A stretch of DNA of 34,387 nucleotides from Oligoflexia bacterium (lineage in GTDB: Bacteria > Bdellovibrionota > Bdellovibrionia > JABDDW01): NCBI GenBank assembly GCA_043732305.1, contig JAYTHU010000091.1, forward strand, positions 1-34,387, in the 5' to 3' direction. This document shows positions 1 through 8,237 of the stretch, piece by piece (the first letter of the stretch is position 1; each line of letters starts with the position of its first letter). The position numbers were made by a program, and so were the translations under genes. The notes under the pieces were generated by a model. That model was not told where the DNA came from. It did not search any database and saw only the letters and a list, made by a program, of their open reading frames with translations.

Positions 1-2
1 GG

Positions 3-68
3 CTTTTTGCCTATGCCATGTTTACCATTGGAGGGCTTTGGTCCCTTCAAAATATTTGGTTAGGTTGA
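3..68 (+). CDS. Possible 3' end of an upstream membrane protein (partial)
   Basis: Frame open from the window edge, reading LFAYAMFTIGGLWSLQNIWLG* (hydrophobic), TGA at 66-68. Too short to identify. Confidence 0.3.
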   Translation, partial: LFAYAMFTIGGLWSLQNIWLG

Positions 69-106
69 TCGTTGCCTAATCCCTAAACTTTCGATATGTA
101 GTGGGG

Positions 107-1729
107 ATGTCAGAGCAACTCACGTTGGGCGGCTTGGTCGAAGATCCCGACTCCGCATCCAAGAAATCATTATCTCCAAAGCCAAGATCTACCATCAAAA
201 TGGGTGGTCTTGATCCCGAGATGCAGGCGCGTCTTGATCGTGTGATGGCGATGGAAAAAACCATCGTGATGCCGGTCCAAATGTCCAAGCCCATTGTGCA
301 AACCCCTCAACCGGTAGCACCAGCAATTCCAGCTCCGTCAAAACAGGTTTGGATTCCAGAACCTGTTTTGAATGAATTGACCACGATTAATGCGGACGTA
401 GGCAAGCCTAAAAAAGCTGAACCCGAGATACTTACCGTCAGTGATCTCAATCGACAAATCAAAAGCATTTTGGAAAAAACTTATCCATTTATTTGGGTCA
501 AGGGTGAGATCAGCAATTTTAAAGTTCCGGCGTCAGGACATTTTTATTTCACGCTCAAGGATGCAGGCGCACAAATTAAATCCGTGATGTTCAAGGGCTT
601 TAGCAATCAATTGAAATTTCGTCCAGAGGATGGAATGGAAGTTTTGGTTCGCGCGCGGGTCACCGTTTATGAGCCTCGTGGAGATTACCAGCTTTTCTGT
701 GAGGTCATGGAACCTGTTGGTTACGGTGCGCTGCAAGTTGCGTTTGAAAAACTCAAAGCGATGCTTCAAAAAGAAGGTCTCTTTGATATTTCTAGAAAAA
801 AACAACTTCCAAGTTTCCCGCAAAAAATTGGCCTGATCACTTCGCCAACGGGAGCAGCTATCAAAGACATGCTGAATGTTTTGGGTCGCAGATTTGGGGG
901 CGGTTTAGATATCACCATCATGCCCACTTCCGTTCAAGGTGACAAAGCTCCAAGAGAAATCGCACAAGCGGTGAGACTAGCACACAAGATGGGATTGGAC
1001 CGCTTTGATGTTTTGATTGTGGGTCGAGGCGGTGGATCGCTAGAAGACCTTTGGGCTTTCAATACCGAAGAAGTTGCTCGAGCAGTGAGCGAATGTTGCA
1101 TCCCAATTATTTCCGCTGTCGGTCACGAAGTTGATTTCACTATTTGCGATTTTGTTGCTGATCTTAGAGCCCCCACGCCTTCTGCTGCGGCAGAACTTGT
1201 GGTGAAAAATAAAGCTGATCTTTCTGAGCGAGTGAAAATGCTCTCGCGCCAGATGACTCATCTGATTGTTAAGAAAATTCAGCATGCGCGTGCTAATTCG
1301 ACCAATGTTGCTAAACGCTTGATTGATCCCAAACGTCGATTGCAAGATCTCATGCTTCGCTGTGATGAGTGGACAGATAGACTTCTGCAATCTATGCAGA
1401 GATTTCTCTCTGATTCACAAATCGAAATAAAATTTCTCATGGAAAGAATTGCCAGTCCGGAAAATCGGATTGCAGCGCTGAAGCAAAAAATAAAGCTATC
1501 TGAAACCAGACTCCAAAATCAAATGCAAAAAGCTGTGCAGTTCAAAGGCCAAAGTTTTACTCGGCTAGCAGGAAAATTGGATAGCTTGAGTCCGCTAGCA
1601 GTGTTGGATCGCGGTTATTCGATTATCAAAAAAGAAGGCCATATCATAAAAGATATGGCCCAATTGAATACCGGCGATGAGATTGAATTAAAACTTTCTA
1701 AAGGCCAAGCCAAAGCCAAAGTCCTCTAA
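107..1729 (+). CDS. xseA: Exodeoxyribonuclease VII large subunit with ~105-aa N-terminal extension
   Basis: OB-fold WVKGEISNF..SGHFYFTLKD, ITSPTGAAIKD, GRGGGSLEDLWAFN, SAVGHEVD, RAPTPSAAAE, LSPLAVLDRGYS. Start is ATG 107 or GTG 101. Confidence 0.97.
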   Translation: MSEQLTLGGLVEDPDSASKKSLSPKPRSTIKMGGLDPEMQARLDRVMAMEKTIVMPVQMSKPIVQTPQPVAPAIPAPSKQVWIPEPVLNELTTINADVGKPKKAEPEILTVSDLNRQIKSILEKTYPFIWVKGEISNFKVPASGHFYFTLKDAGAQIKSVMFKGFSNQLKFRPEDGMEVLVRARVTVYEPRGDYQLFCEVMEPVGYGALQVAFEKLKAMLQKEGLFDISRKKQLPSFPQKIGLITSPTGAAIKDMLNVLGRRFGGGLDITIMPTSVQGDKAPREIAQAVRLAHKMGLDRFDVLIVGRGGGSLEDLWAFNTEEVARAVSECCIPIISAVGHEVDFTICDFVADLRAPTPSAAAELVVKNKADLSERVKMLSRQMTHLIVKKIQHARANSTNVAKRLIDPKRRLQDLMLRCDEWTDRLLQSMQRFLSDSQIEIKFLMERIASPENRIAALKQKIKLSETRLQNQMQKAVQFKGQSFTRLAGKLDSLSPLAVLDRGYSIIKKEGHIIKDMAQLNTGDEIELKLSKGQAKAKVL

Positions 1730-1731
1730 AA

Positions 1732-4461
1732 TTATTGCAGCAATGCTCCAACCGCGAGCGCTTCAACCAACCATTCGGCCATTGGCTTTGGAAAATCGGC
1801 TAGCTGTTCGGTTTTCATATCGGCCGAAAATCCAGATCCCTTGGGCGCCACCTTATTGAGCATATCCACATAATCTTTTTGAACAGTCATTCTTTCGCTG
1901 AAGGCCCAAAGTAGATTTTCAGCTCTCGGGGATTTTAAAAAACTGGCAGCAGTTTTTCGCACTTCAAATTCGTAATTAAAATTTGGAAGATTGAAAGCAA
2001 CTACATCGCGTTTTTCTGGAGCCACCTTTGGAGCAAGCGTGGCTCCGGGCCCAGCCCAGTCAGAACTTGTGCGGGACACCTTCTGAAAAGTTGTGGGCGT
2101 GGCATTTGATTCTAAAACGTAAGTTTCTAAACGTTTTGCTAAGAATGGGGCGAGATTATCTGACAGCGCAGAATTCTCAAATTTGCCAACCGCACTTGGA
2201 GCTTTTCCGGACGCTGGGGAAATCGTACCAGCTAAAATCTGCACTTCTAGTTTAATAAGTTCTGTTTGCAAACTATTAAAATATTCAGTGGCCAATGCCT
2301 TCATGGTCACCACATCGTCATCTGAAAAACTAAACTGTTTTCCATCAGGAGCTAGTCCATGCAGATTTTCTGAGTTGCTCAACAGATCAGAGAAGCGTTG
2401 GATGAGTTTTCCCGCTAAGGTGTTGTCTGCGTTTAAAAATATGTTTTCTAATCCACCATTTTTGGTGATTTCGGATAAAACATAGTTAGAAGTTTTTGTG
2501 CGCACCTGAATTTGATTCGAGCTATTGACCGTCGGAAAAGCACGAGCAATCTGTAACAACAAAGTGTCTTTGCCGTAGAGATTCATGAAATTGGCTTCAC
2601 CCGCCAAAACCGTCGCCGCTTGAGCTTTGGCATCCAGATTCATTTCTTCGAGCGGTGTGGCTTGATTTCCATACAGAGGATTTCGCGAAGCGATCATCGC
2701 TTCAAGTAAAGTTCTTGGGAGTTCATCTATCATTTCGTGTGCATTATATTTAATATATTCGATGTAAGACGAGCCCGCATCATAAGGGACGCAGTCTAAA
2801 AACTTTCCAACCTGAGAGTCCGTACAAAATAGTGGAATCTCTGAGTTCTTATATTCATTTCCCAAGAACAAATGTTTGATGGCTTTGGTGTCATAATCCA
2901 AAGCTGAAGGCGCTTTTGCGATCATGTCTCCAACCATCATTCCTTCAGGATAAAAATTGTAATCCATGACGGTGCTCGTGGGGATGATGCCTGCAGGAGC
3001 GGCTCCAGATCCTAGATATTTTTTGAAAATATCCATGCGGCTGGCCAGCAGAATATTTTCTGCAGTGGAACCTGCAAAATTATGTCTAAGACCAAGAGTA
3101 TGTCCCACTTCATGCGCAACCACTTCTCTCATAAGATCCTGTGATGCTTTCAAAACTTTGGCGGGATCTTTTTCGCTGAGAATGGCGTTGATTGCTGCAG
3201 GACTAAGAGCTTCACTCATGTCCATGTTGCAAAGTTTCTGCGAGATAAATCCTTGGAGTCCAAGTGTTGGCGCTCCCTGTGATTGCGAGTCTGGAATTTG
3301 TCCAGAAACCAAGCGACGTAATTTTTCCGCAGAGAAATATCCAATTTTTGCCCAAGCGCTTGTGAAGTAAACTTGTTGATGGAGAATTTCTCCGGTCAAA
3401 GGATCCATTTGTGCATCGGCATAAGCCATGCCCGCGGAATCCCACTCGACCCACTGGACAATATTGTAATCCGCATCAGGGGCCGTGACGCCTGCGGGTG
3501 CATCTATCGCTTGGACCATTTCTTTTCCGAAAGCCTTGTTCCAATATAAAATTCCGTCTTTCACCGCTTGTTTGTAGTCGGCGGGAGTGTTGGCGGAAAT
3601 CGCGTAAACAATAGGTTTGGAAATATCTTCTTTAGTCGCATAAACGGTTGTTCCACTCAGGTCATTGAAGGTAGGTGCAACTTCAAAAAATCCCATGCGA
3701 TCATAATTTCTAGTTGAAACTGTGGGTTTGAAAACCGGATTTGGAATGTAGGGAGCGAGATAATAAAGAAAACTTGAAGTTGAAGTATCAAATGATCCCG
3801 ATGGTTTTTGAATGTTCATTTGTGCAATTTGTTTGATCACCAAATTGTTGTTTTTTGAAAACTCCGCGGAATCTATATAGCTGACTCCTACTTGCATGGA
3901 TTCGAACGGGTTGGTTTGTTGTTGGTCTCGGGCAACCCAATCCCCAGCAATAAAGAGATTTTTCATTCCGAGGTTGAAATCAAAAGTGACTGATTGATCG
4001 GTTTCACTGATTATCGGATATTCAGCGAGAAGCAAGTCTTGCTGGAAACTTCTGCCAACATCTTGGCCGCGTGAAGATTCAATCAAATAAAGTTTTCCTG
4101 CTTTTTCTCTGAACATGACAATGCGACTTTGAAAACTGTTGAACTGCGGGATTGGATATTGCCCGATCACTTCGATCTGCAATAAAAATTCTTTTTCAAG
4201 CGCAGACTTGCTCACTGAGACGTGGGCTTTATCTAAACTGATGGAACCGCTGTCTGCTGGATTTCCCAGATTCGGTATTGCCGGTGCCGGTCGACTTGAA
4301 TCACTCGCTAAACTTTGTATTGTGAAAGATTTTTGGATTTCCACATCTGCTTTTCCGCCTTGGCCATTCGCACTCGAGCCGCTTTTGCACCCGGTCAAAC
4401 CCAAAGTTAAAAATCCAGATATGACTAAAGAAAGACCTAACGCCCCATTTGTTTTTTTCAT
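1732..4461 (-). CDS. Zinc-dependent metalloprotease lipoprotein (metzincin, EcxA/DUF4953-DUF5117-like)
   Basis: Lipobox LTGC, zinc motif HEVGHTLGLRHNF, Met-turn STVMDY, and the YWNKAF and DPLTGEI motifs of this family. Confidence 0.88.
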   Translation of the reverse strand: MKKTNGALGLSLVISGFLTLGLTGCKSGSSANGQGGKADVEIQKSFTIQSLASDSSRPAPAIPNLGNPADSGSISLDKAHVSVSKSALEKEFLLQIEVIGQYPIPQFNSFQSRIVMFREKAGKLYLIESSRGQDVGRSFQQDLLLAEYPIISETDQSVTFDFNLGMKNLFIAGDWVARDQQQTNPFESMQVGVSYIDSAEFSKNNNLVIKQIAQMNIQKPSGSFDTSTSSFLYYLAPYIPNPVFKPTVSTRNYDRMGFFEVAPTFNDLSGTTVYATKEDISKPIVYAISANTPADYKQAVKDGILYWNKAFGKEMVQAIDAPAGVTAPDADYNIVQWVEWDSAGMAYADAQMDPLTGEILHQQVYFTSAWAKIGYFSAEKLRRLVSGQIPDSQSQGAPTLGLQGFISQKLCNMDMSEALSPAAINAILSEKDPAKVLKASQDLMREVVAHEVGHTLGLRHNFAGSTAENILLASRMDIFKKYLGSGAAPAGIIPTSTVMDYNFYPEGMMVGDMIAKAPSALDYDTKAIKHLFLGNEYKNSEIPLFCTDSQVGKFLDCVPYDAGSSYIEYIKYNAHEMIDELPRTLLEAMIASRNPLYGNQATPLEEMNLDAKAQAATVLAGEANFMNLYGKDTLLLQIARAFPTVNSSNQIQVRTKTSNYVLSEITKNGGLENIFLNADNTLAGKLIQRFSDLLSNSENLHGLAPDGKQFSFSDDDVVTMKALATEYFNSLQTELIKLEVQILAGTISPASGKAPSAVGKFENSALSDNLAPFLAKRLETYVLESNATPTTFQKVSRTSSDWAGPGATLAPKVAPEKRDVVAFNLPNFNYEFEVRKTAASFLKSPRAENLLWAFSERMTVQKDYVDMLNKVAPKGSGFSADMKTEQLADFPKPMAEWLVEALAVGALLQ

Positions 4462-4480
4462 CCCTGTACCCCCGCTGAGG

Positions 4481-4508
4481 AGTTTATCGGGATGGCTTTA
4501 TGTGTCAA
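4481..4508 (-). promoter_or_regulatory. Putative sigma70 promoter of the metalloprotease gene
   Basis: Minus strand reads TTGACA-N16-TAAACT, followed by a GGGGG RBS and ATG at 4461. An overlapping CCCGATAA resembles a FliA -10 but has no good -35. Confidence 0.55.
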
Positions 4509-4578
4509 TAAAAGATCGACAAAAAGAAAATAATCCGGCATGATTTGCCCACTGAAATGACTGCTTGCCGGAGGCTCA

Positions 4579-4803
4579 ATGGATTTTGAAAAGAACCTAA
4601 AAAGACTAGAAGAAATCGTTCATAAACTTGAGGACGGTGAGTTGGCGCTTGAAGAATCTTTGAAGCTCTTTGAAGAGGGCGTTGGGATTTCCCGTCAATG
4701 TAATCTGAAACTATCTGAAGCTGAAAAACGAGTTAAACTTCTTTTGTCCGTGAATCCCGATGGCACTGAAACCACCAAGGACTTCTCACAACCAGCCGAA
4801 TGA
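4579..4803 (+). CDS. xseB: Exodeoxyribonuclease VII small subunit
   Basis: FEKNLKRLEEIVHKLEDGELALEESLKLFEEG...LSEAEKRV, with GGAGG RBS at 4570-4574. Confidence 0.96.
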   Translation: MDFEKNLKRLEEIVHKLEDGELALEESLKLFEEGVGISRQCNLKLSEAEKRVKLLLSVNPDGTETTKDFSQPAE

Positions 4804-6575
4804 TTTCCGTAGGCAGTCCGCAAGAGTTAAAGAAATTATCTCCCGAGCAATTATCCACATATACCCAGGAACTGAGAACCTATCTTATTGATGTGATGGC
4901 GGAAAATGGCGGCCACGTGGCTGCAAACTTGGGCGTTGTCGAATTAGCCGTCGCTCTCCATTACGTTTTTGATACTCCCGAGGACATTCTCATTTGGGAT
5001 GTTGGCCATCAAGCCTATGCCCACAAAGCTATTACTGGAAGGCACGAAGCTCTCAAGACTTTGCGTCGCGAGGGTGGGGTCTCCGGATTCACAAAACTCT
5101 CAGAGAGTATTTATGATGCTTTCGGTGCGGGACATTCTTCGACTGCGCTCAGTGCCGCTGCTGGATTTTCTGAAGGTCTTTGGCAAAAAAAATCTAATCG
5201 AAAAGTCATTGCGGTCGTTGGTGATGGAGCTCTTTCTGCAGGCCTCGCCTTCGAAGGTCTGAATCACCTCGGCCATATGAAAAGATCTAATACGATTGTG
5301 ATTCTCAATGACAATGACATGAGTATTTCTGAAAACATGGGTTGGTCTTCTCAAGCCTCCGAGCAAAAACGGAAGTTTTTCGAAACCATGGGTTTTGAAT
5401 ATTGCGGACCAGTTGATGGTCATGATTTGAAAACGTTGATTGAAAATTTCAGTAATGCGAAAAGTAAAATCAATGATCACTCGAGTAATGGTCGGCCGCT
5501 GCTGATTCACGTCAAAACTGTCAAAGGCAAAGGACTTGCAGCTGCAGAGAAAAACCCAGGAGCTTTTCACGGACTTCAAGGGTTTGATCGAATAACAGAA
5601 AAGCCAACTAAAGCTCCAACGATTGCTCCTAGTTACACCCAAATTTTTTCTCAAACACTTTGCAAGATGGCAGAAAAAGATCAAAGCATAGTGGCTGTCA
5701 CTGCCGCCATGCCCGAAGGCACGGGCTTGAGTGAATTCCAAAAACGTTTTCCTGAAAGATTCTATGACGTCGGAATTGCCGAGTCTCATGCGATCACATT
5801 TTCCGCGGCGTTGAGACTTTCTGGAATGAAACCGGCCGTAGCAATTTATTCGACATTTCTGCAGCGCGGTTTTGATCAACTCATTCACGATGTGGCAATT
5901 CAAAAAATTCCGCTAACTTTATTTTTGGATCGCGCGGGTCTTGTTGGCGCTGATGGGCCAACCCATCACGGTGTTTTTGATTTGAGTTATCTACGGATGA
6001 TTCCCGGATTTCACATCATGGCGCCTAAAGATGAGAATGAACTTCAGCACATGATCTTCACTGCACTCGAAAGCAATGTTCTTAATGCCGTGAGATTTCC
6101 TCGAGGTGAAGGATTAGGCGTTAAGCTAGATAGTGAACTGAAAATGCTTCCACTAGGTAAAGCTGAAAAAGTTCTGGTTGATCCGAATGCCACAGTCGTG
6201 ATTTGGGCGGCTGGTGTTTGCGTTGCTCAGGCATTGGCTGCTGCAGCGATATTAAAAAATAAGAATATTTTATGCGAAGTTGTAAATGCTCGGTTTATCA
6301 AACCACTCGATGAAAGCTTGCTAGTGCAAACCGCAAGTTCATTATCTAAGACGGCTTTGGTTGTTACCGTCGAAGAAAATTCCATAATTGGCGGACTCGG
6401 TTCTGCGGTATTAGAATCTCTCGCTCGAAACAATATTTCCATTCCCGTTTTGACCCTTGGTGTTTCCGATGAGTTTGTTGAACACGGGACTCAAGAAAGT
6501 CTTCGGCATAAATCTCAAATCGACGCTGAAGGGATTGCCTTTTCCATCCTCAAAAGGATGGCATGCCAGAAATGA
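4800..6575 (+). CDS. dxs: 1-deoxy-D-xylulose-5-phosphate synthase
   Basis: GGH..NLGVVEL, WDVGHQAY, GAGHSST, TPP-binding GDGA...NDN, GIAESHA, YSTFLQRGFDQ, DRAGLVGADGPTHHG. ATGA overlap with the xseB stop. Confidence 0.95.
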   Translation: MISVGSPQELKKLSPEQLSTYTQELRTYLIDVMAENGGHVAANLGVVELAVALHYVFDTPEDILIWDVGHQAYAHKAITGRHEALKTLRREGGVSGFTKLSESIYDAFGAGHSSTALSAAAGFSEGLWQKKSNRKVIAVVGDGALSAGLAFEGLNHLGHMKRSNTIVILNDNDMSISENMGWSSQASEQKRKFFETMGFEYCGPVDGHDLKTLIENFSNAKSKINDHSSNGRPLLIHVKTVKGKGLAAAEKNPGAFHGLQGFDRITEKPTKAPTIAPSYTQIFSQTLCKMAEKDQSIVAVTAAMPEGTGLSEFQKRFPERFYDVGIAESHAITFSAALRLSGMKPAVAIYSTFLQRGFDQLIHDVAIQKIPLTLFLDRAGLVGADGPTHHGVFDLSYLRMIPGFHIMAPKDENELQHMIFTALESNVLNAVRFPRGEGLGVKLDSELKMLPLGKAEKVLVDPNATVVIWAAGVCVAQALAAAAILKNKNILCEVVNARFIKPLDESLLVQTASSLSKTALVVTVEENSIIGGLGSAVLESLARNNISIPVLTLGVSDEFVEHGTQESLRHKSQIDAEGIAFSILKRMACQK

Positions 6576-7309
6576 AAAAAGAAAGAGTCGACAGGTTGAT
6601 TGTTGATCAAGGCTTGGCTGTTTCACGGAGTCAGGCGCATGCTTTTATCATGGCGGGACAAGTCTGCTTGGGAGATCGCCTCATTCAAAAGCCTTCGGAA
6701 ACCTTTGAGCCGGGAACGGTGTTTCGTCTCAAGGAGGGAGCGCAGCTTAAATATGTATCGCGCGGTGGGGAAAAGCTCGAAGGGGCACTCAATGAATCCG
6801 AACTTAACGTCACTGGATTCAAAGCGCTAGATATTGGAATCAGCACTGGCGGATTCACAGATTGCCTTTTACAAAATGGAGTGACTTCGGTCATTGGACT
6901 TGATGTAGGTCATAACCAATTGAGCTGGAAAATTAAAAATGATGCGCGAGTTCAAGCTCACGAGGGTGTAAACGCTCGGGCCATACCTCCAGAATTAGTT
7001 CCGGAAAAAGTTGATTTGGTAGTGATTGATGTTTCGTTTATTTCACTTCGACTGATACTTCCGGAGGCTAAGAAATATTTGAAATCTCAAGGATATTTAC
7101 TAGCTCTAATTAAACCGCAATTTGAAGTGGAGAGGGGGCAGGTTGGTAAAGGGGGAATCGTCAAAGATCTCTTGCTTCACGAACAAGTTCAAGAGAAGAT
7201 CAGAACGCTTTCCGAAGGGCTTGGCTTTTCGGTGAAAAAGATCTTCCCCAGTCCAATCAAAGGAACCGATGGCAACACGGAATTTTTTATATTTAGCACT
7301 GCTCCTTAG
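6563..7309 (+). CDS. tlyA: TlyA family rRNA (cytidine-2'-O)-methyltransferase
   Basis: S4 domain, YVSRGGEKL, LDIGISTGGFTDCLL, DVSFISL, LIKPQFE, SPIKGTDGNTEF. Alternative start ATG 6572. Confidence 0.95.
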   Translation: MPEMKKERVDRLIVDQGLAVSRSQAHAFIMAGQVCLGDRLIQKPSETFEPGTVFRLKEGAQLKYVSRGGEKLEGALNESELNVTGFKALDIGISTGGFTDCLLQNGVTSVIGLDVGHNQLSWKIKNDARVQAHEGVNARAIPPELVPEKVDLVVIDVSFISLRLILPEAKKYLKSQGYLLALIKPQFEVERGQVGKGGIVKDLLLHEQVQEKIRTLSEGLGFSVKKIFPSPIKGTDGNTEFFIFSTAP

Positions 7310-8225
7310 CTTTCTCGGCGGTTGTAGTTCCGTGGAAAGAAGACACCCCTCCAAGCCCACTGTTTACTCTGAAAATTCTCAAGATAAAAAAGTTACCACT
7401 ACTGCCGCTCCTGAACCTGCAAACTCAGCTCCCATTCAAGTGCCTATGAGTCCCGGAAATGTTTTGCCCGTGGGAGTTTATCTTGGTCCCGGGTTGATGA
7501 GAAGTTTCATGCATGTTGGCGTTTTGAAAGCATTGACCCAAGCGCAAATTCCTATCGTAAGTATTGGCGGAGAAGAGTGGGGAGCGGTTGTTGCCGGTCT
7601 TTATAGTTTTTCTAAAAGTGCCAATGATGTTGAATGGCAAATGCTGAAGCTTCGAAAAGATCAAGTGCCTGCCGGCGGATTTCTTCATAGCGATGTCGAG
7701 ACTAAAGATTCGTCTTCGCTCGCCCAATTCTTAAAACTTGTTTTTGGCGATAAGAAATTTTCCACCGCAAAAATTCCATTTGGATGTTCCGCCGCTCAAG
7801 GAATGCAGATTCAATATTTGCGTAGTGGTGGAGCTGTCGATGACATTATGAAATGCGCTAGCCTCCCCCCATTTTACAAACCGTATCAAGGCAAATGGAT
7901 TTCCGGAGCTGTTGCTGCTCAGGCCGAGTGGCTTGATCCCATGCTCAAAGACGGCGCGAAATTTATTATCTATGTTGACGTGTTGGGAGATGGACCGCTT
8001 CTCATAAAAAATCGTGTGAGTCATGGCGATGAAGGATTAACGATTTTGACTGCGGTAAAGTCGGCGAATCAATGGCAATTTCAAAGAGCCAATATGGTTC
8101 TAAAAATTCCAGCGACGGAAGATATTTTAGATTTTGATTCTCGTAGAGATCTAGTAAAAGCTGGAGAACGTTTTGCCACCTCTCTTTTGCCAGAACTCAT
8201 GAAACAAATTGGAATGAACAAATAA
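7269..8225 (+). CDS. Patatin-like fold lipoprotein, catalytic motifs degenerate
   Basis: Lipobox LGGC, Pro/Ala/Thr linker, then LGPGLMRSFMHVGVLKAL..IPIVSIGGEEWGAVVAGLY, which matches the NTE/RssA patatin N-terminus. S..LPPFY.P is retained; GxSxG and DGG are lost. Confidence 0.72.
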   Translation: MATRNFLYLALLLSFLGGCSSVERRHPSKPTVYSENSQDKKVTTTAAPEPANSAPIQVPMSPGNVLPVGVYLGPGLMRSFMHVGVLKALTQAQIPIVSIGGEEWGAVVAGLYSFSKSANDVEWQMLKLRKDQVPAGGFLHSDVETKDSSSLAQFLKLVFGDKKFSTAKIPFGCSAAQGMQIQYLRSGGAVDDIMKCASLPPFYKPYQGKWISGAVAAQAEWLDPMLKDGAKFIIYVDVLGDGPLLIKNRVSHGDEGLTILTAVKSANQWQFQRANMVLKIPATEDILDFDSRRDLVKAGERFATSLLPELMKQIGMNK

Positions 8226-8237
8226 AAGGAGTCAATC

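Noticed and set aside
4535..4549. CCGGCATGATTTGC as a sigma54 promoter for xseB
   Set aside because: GG to GC spacing is 8, not the required 10.
5100..5903. 267-aa antisense ORF inside dxs, and the many other short overlapping ORFs in the track
   Set aside because: Shadows of well-supported genes, with no motifs or RBS.
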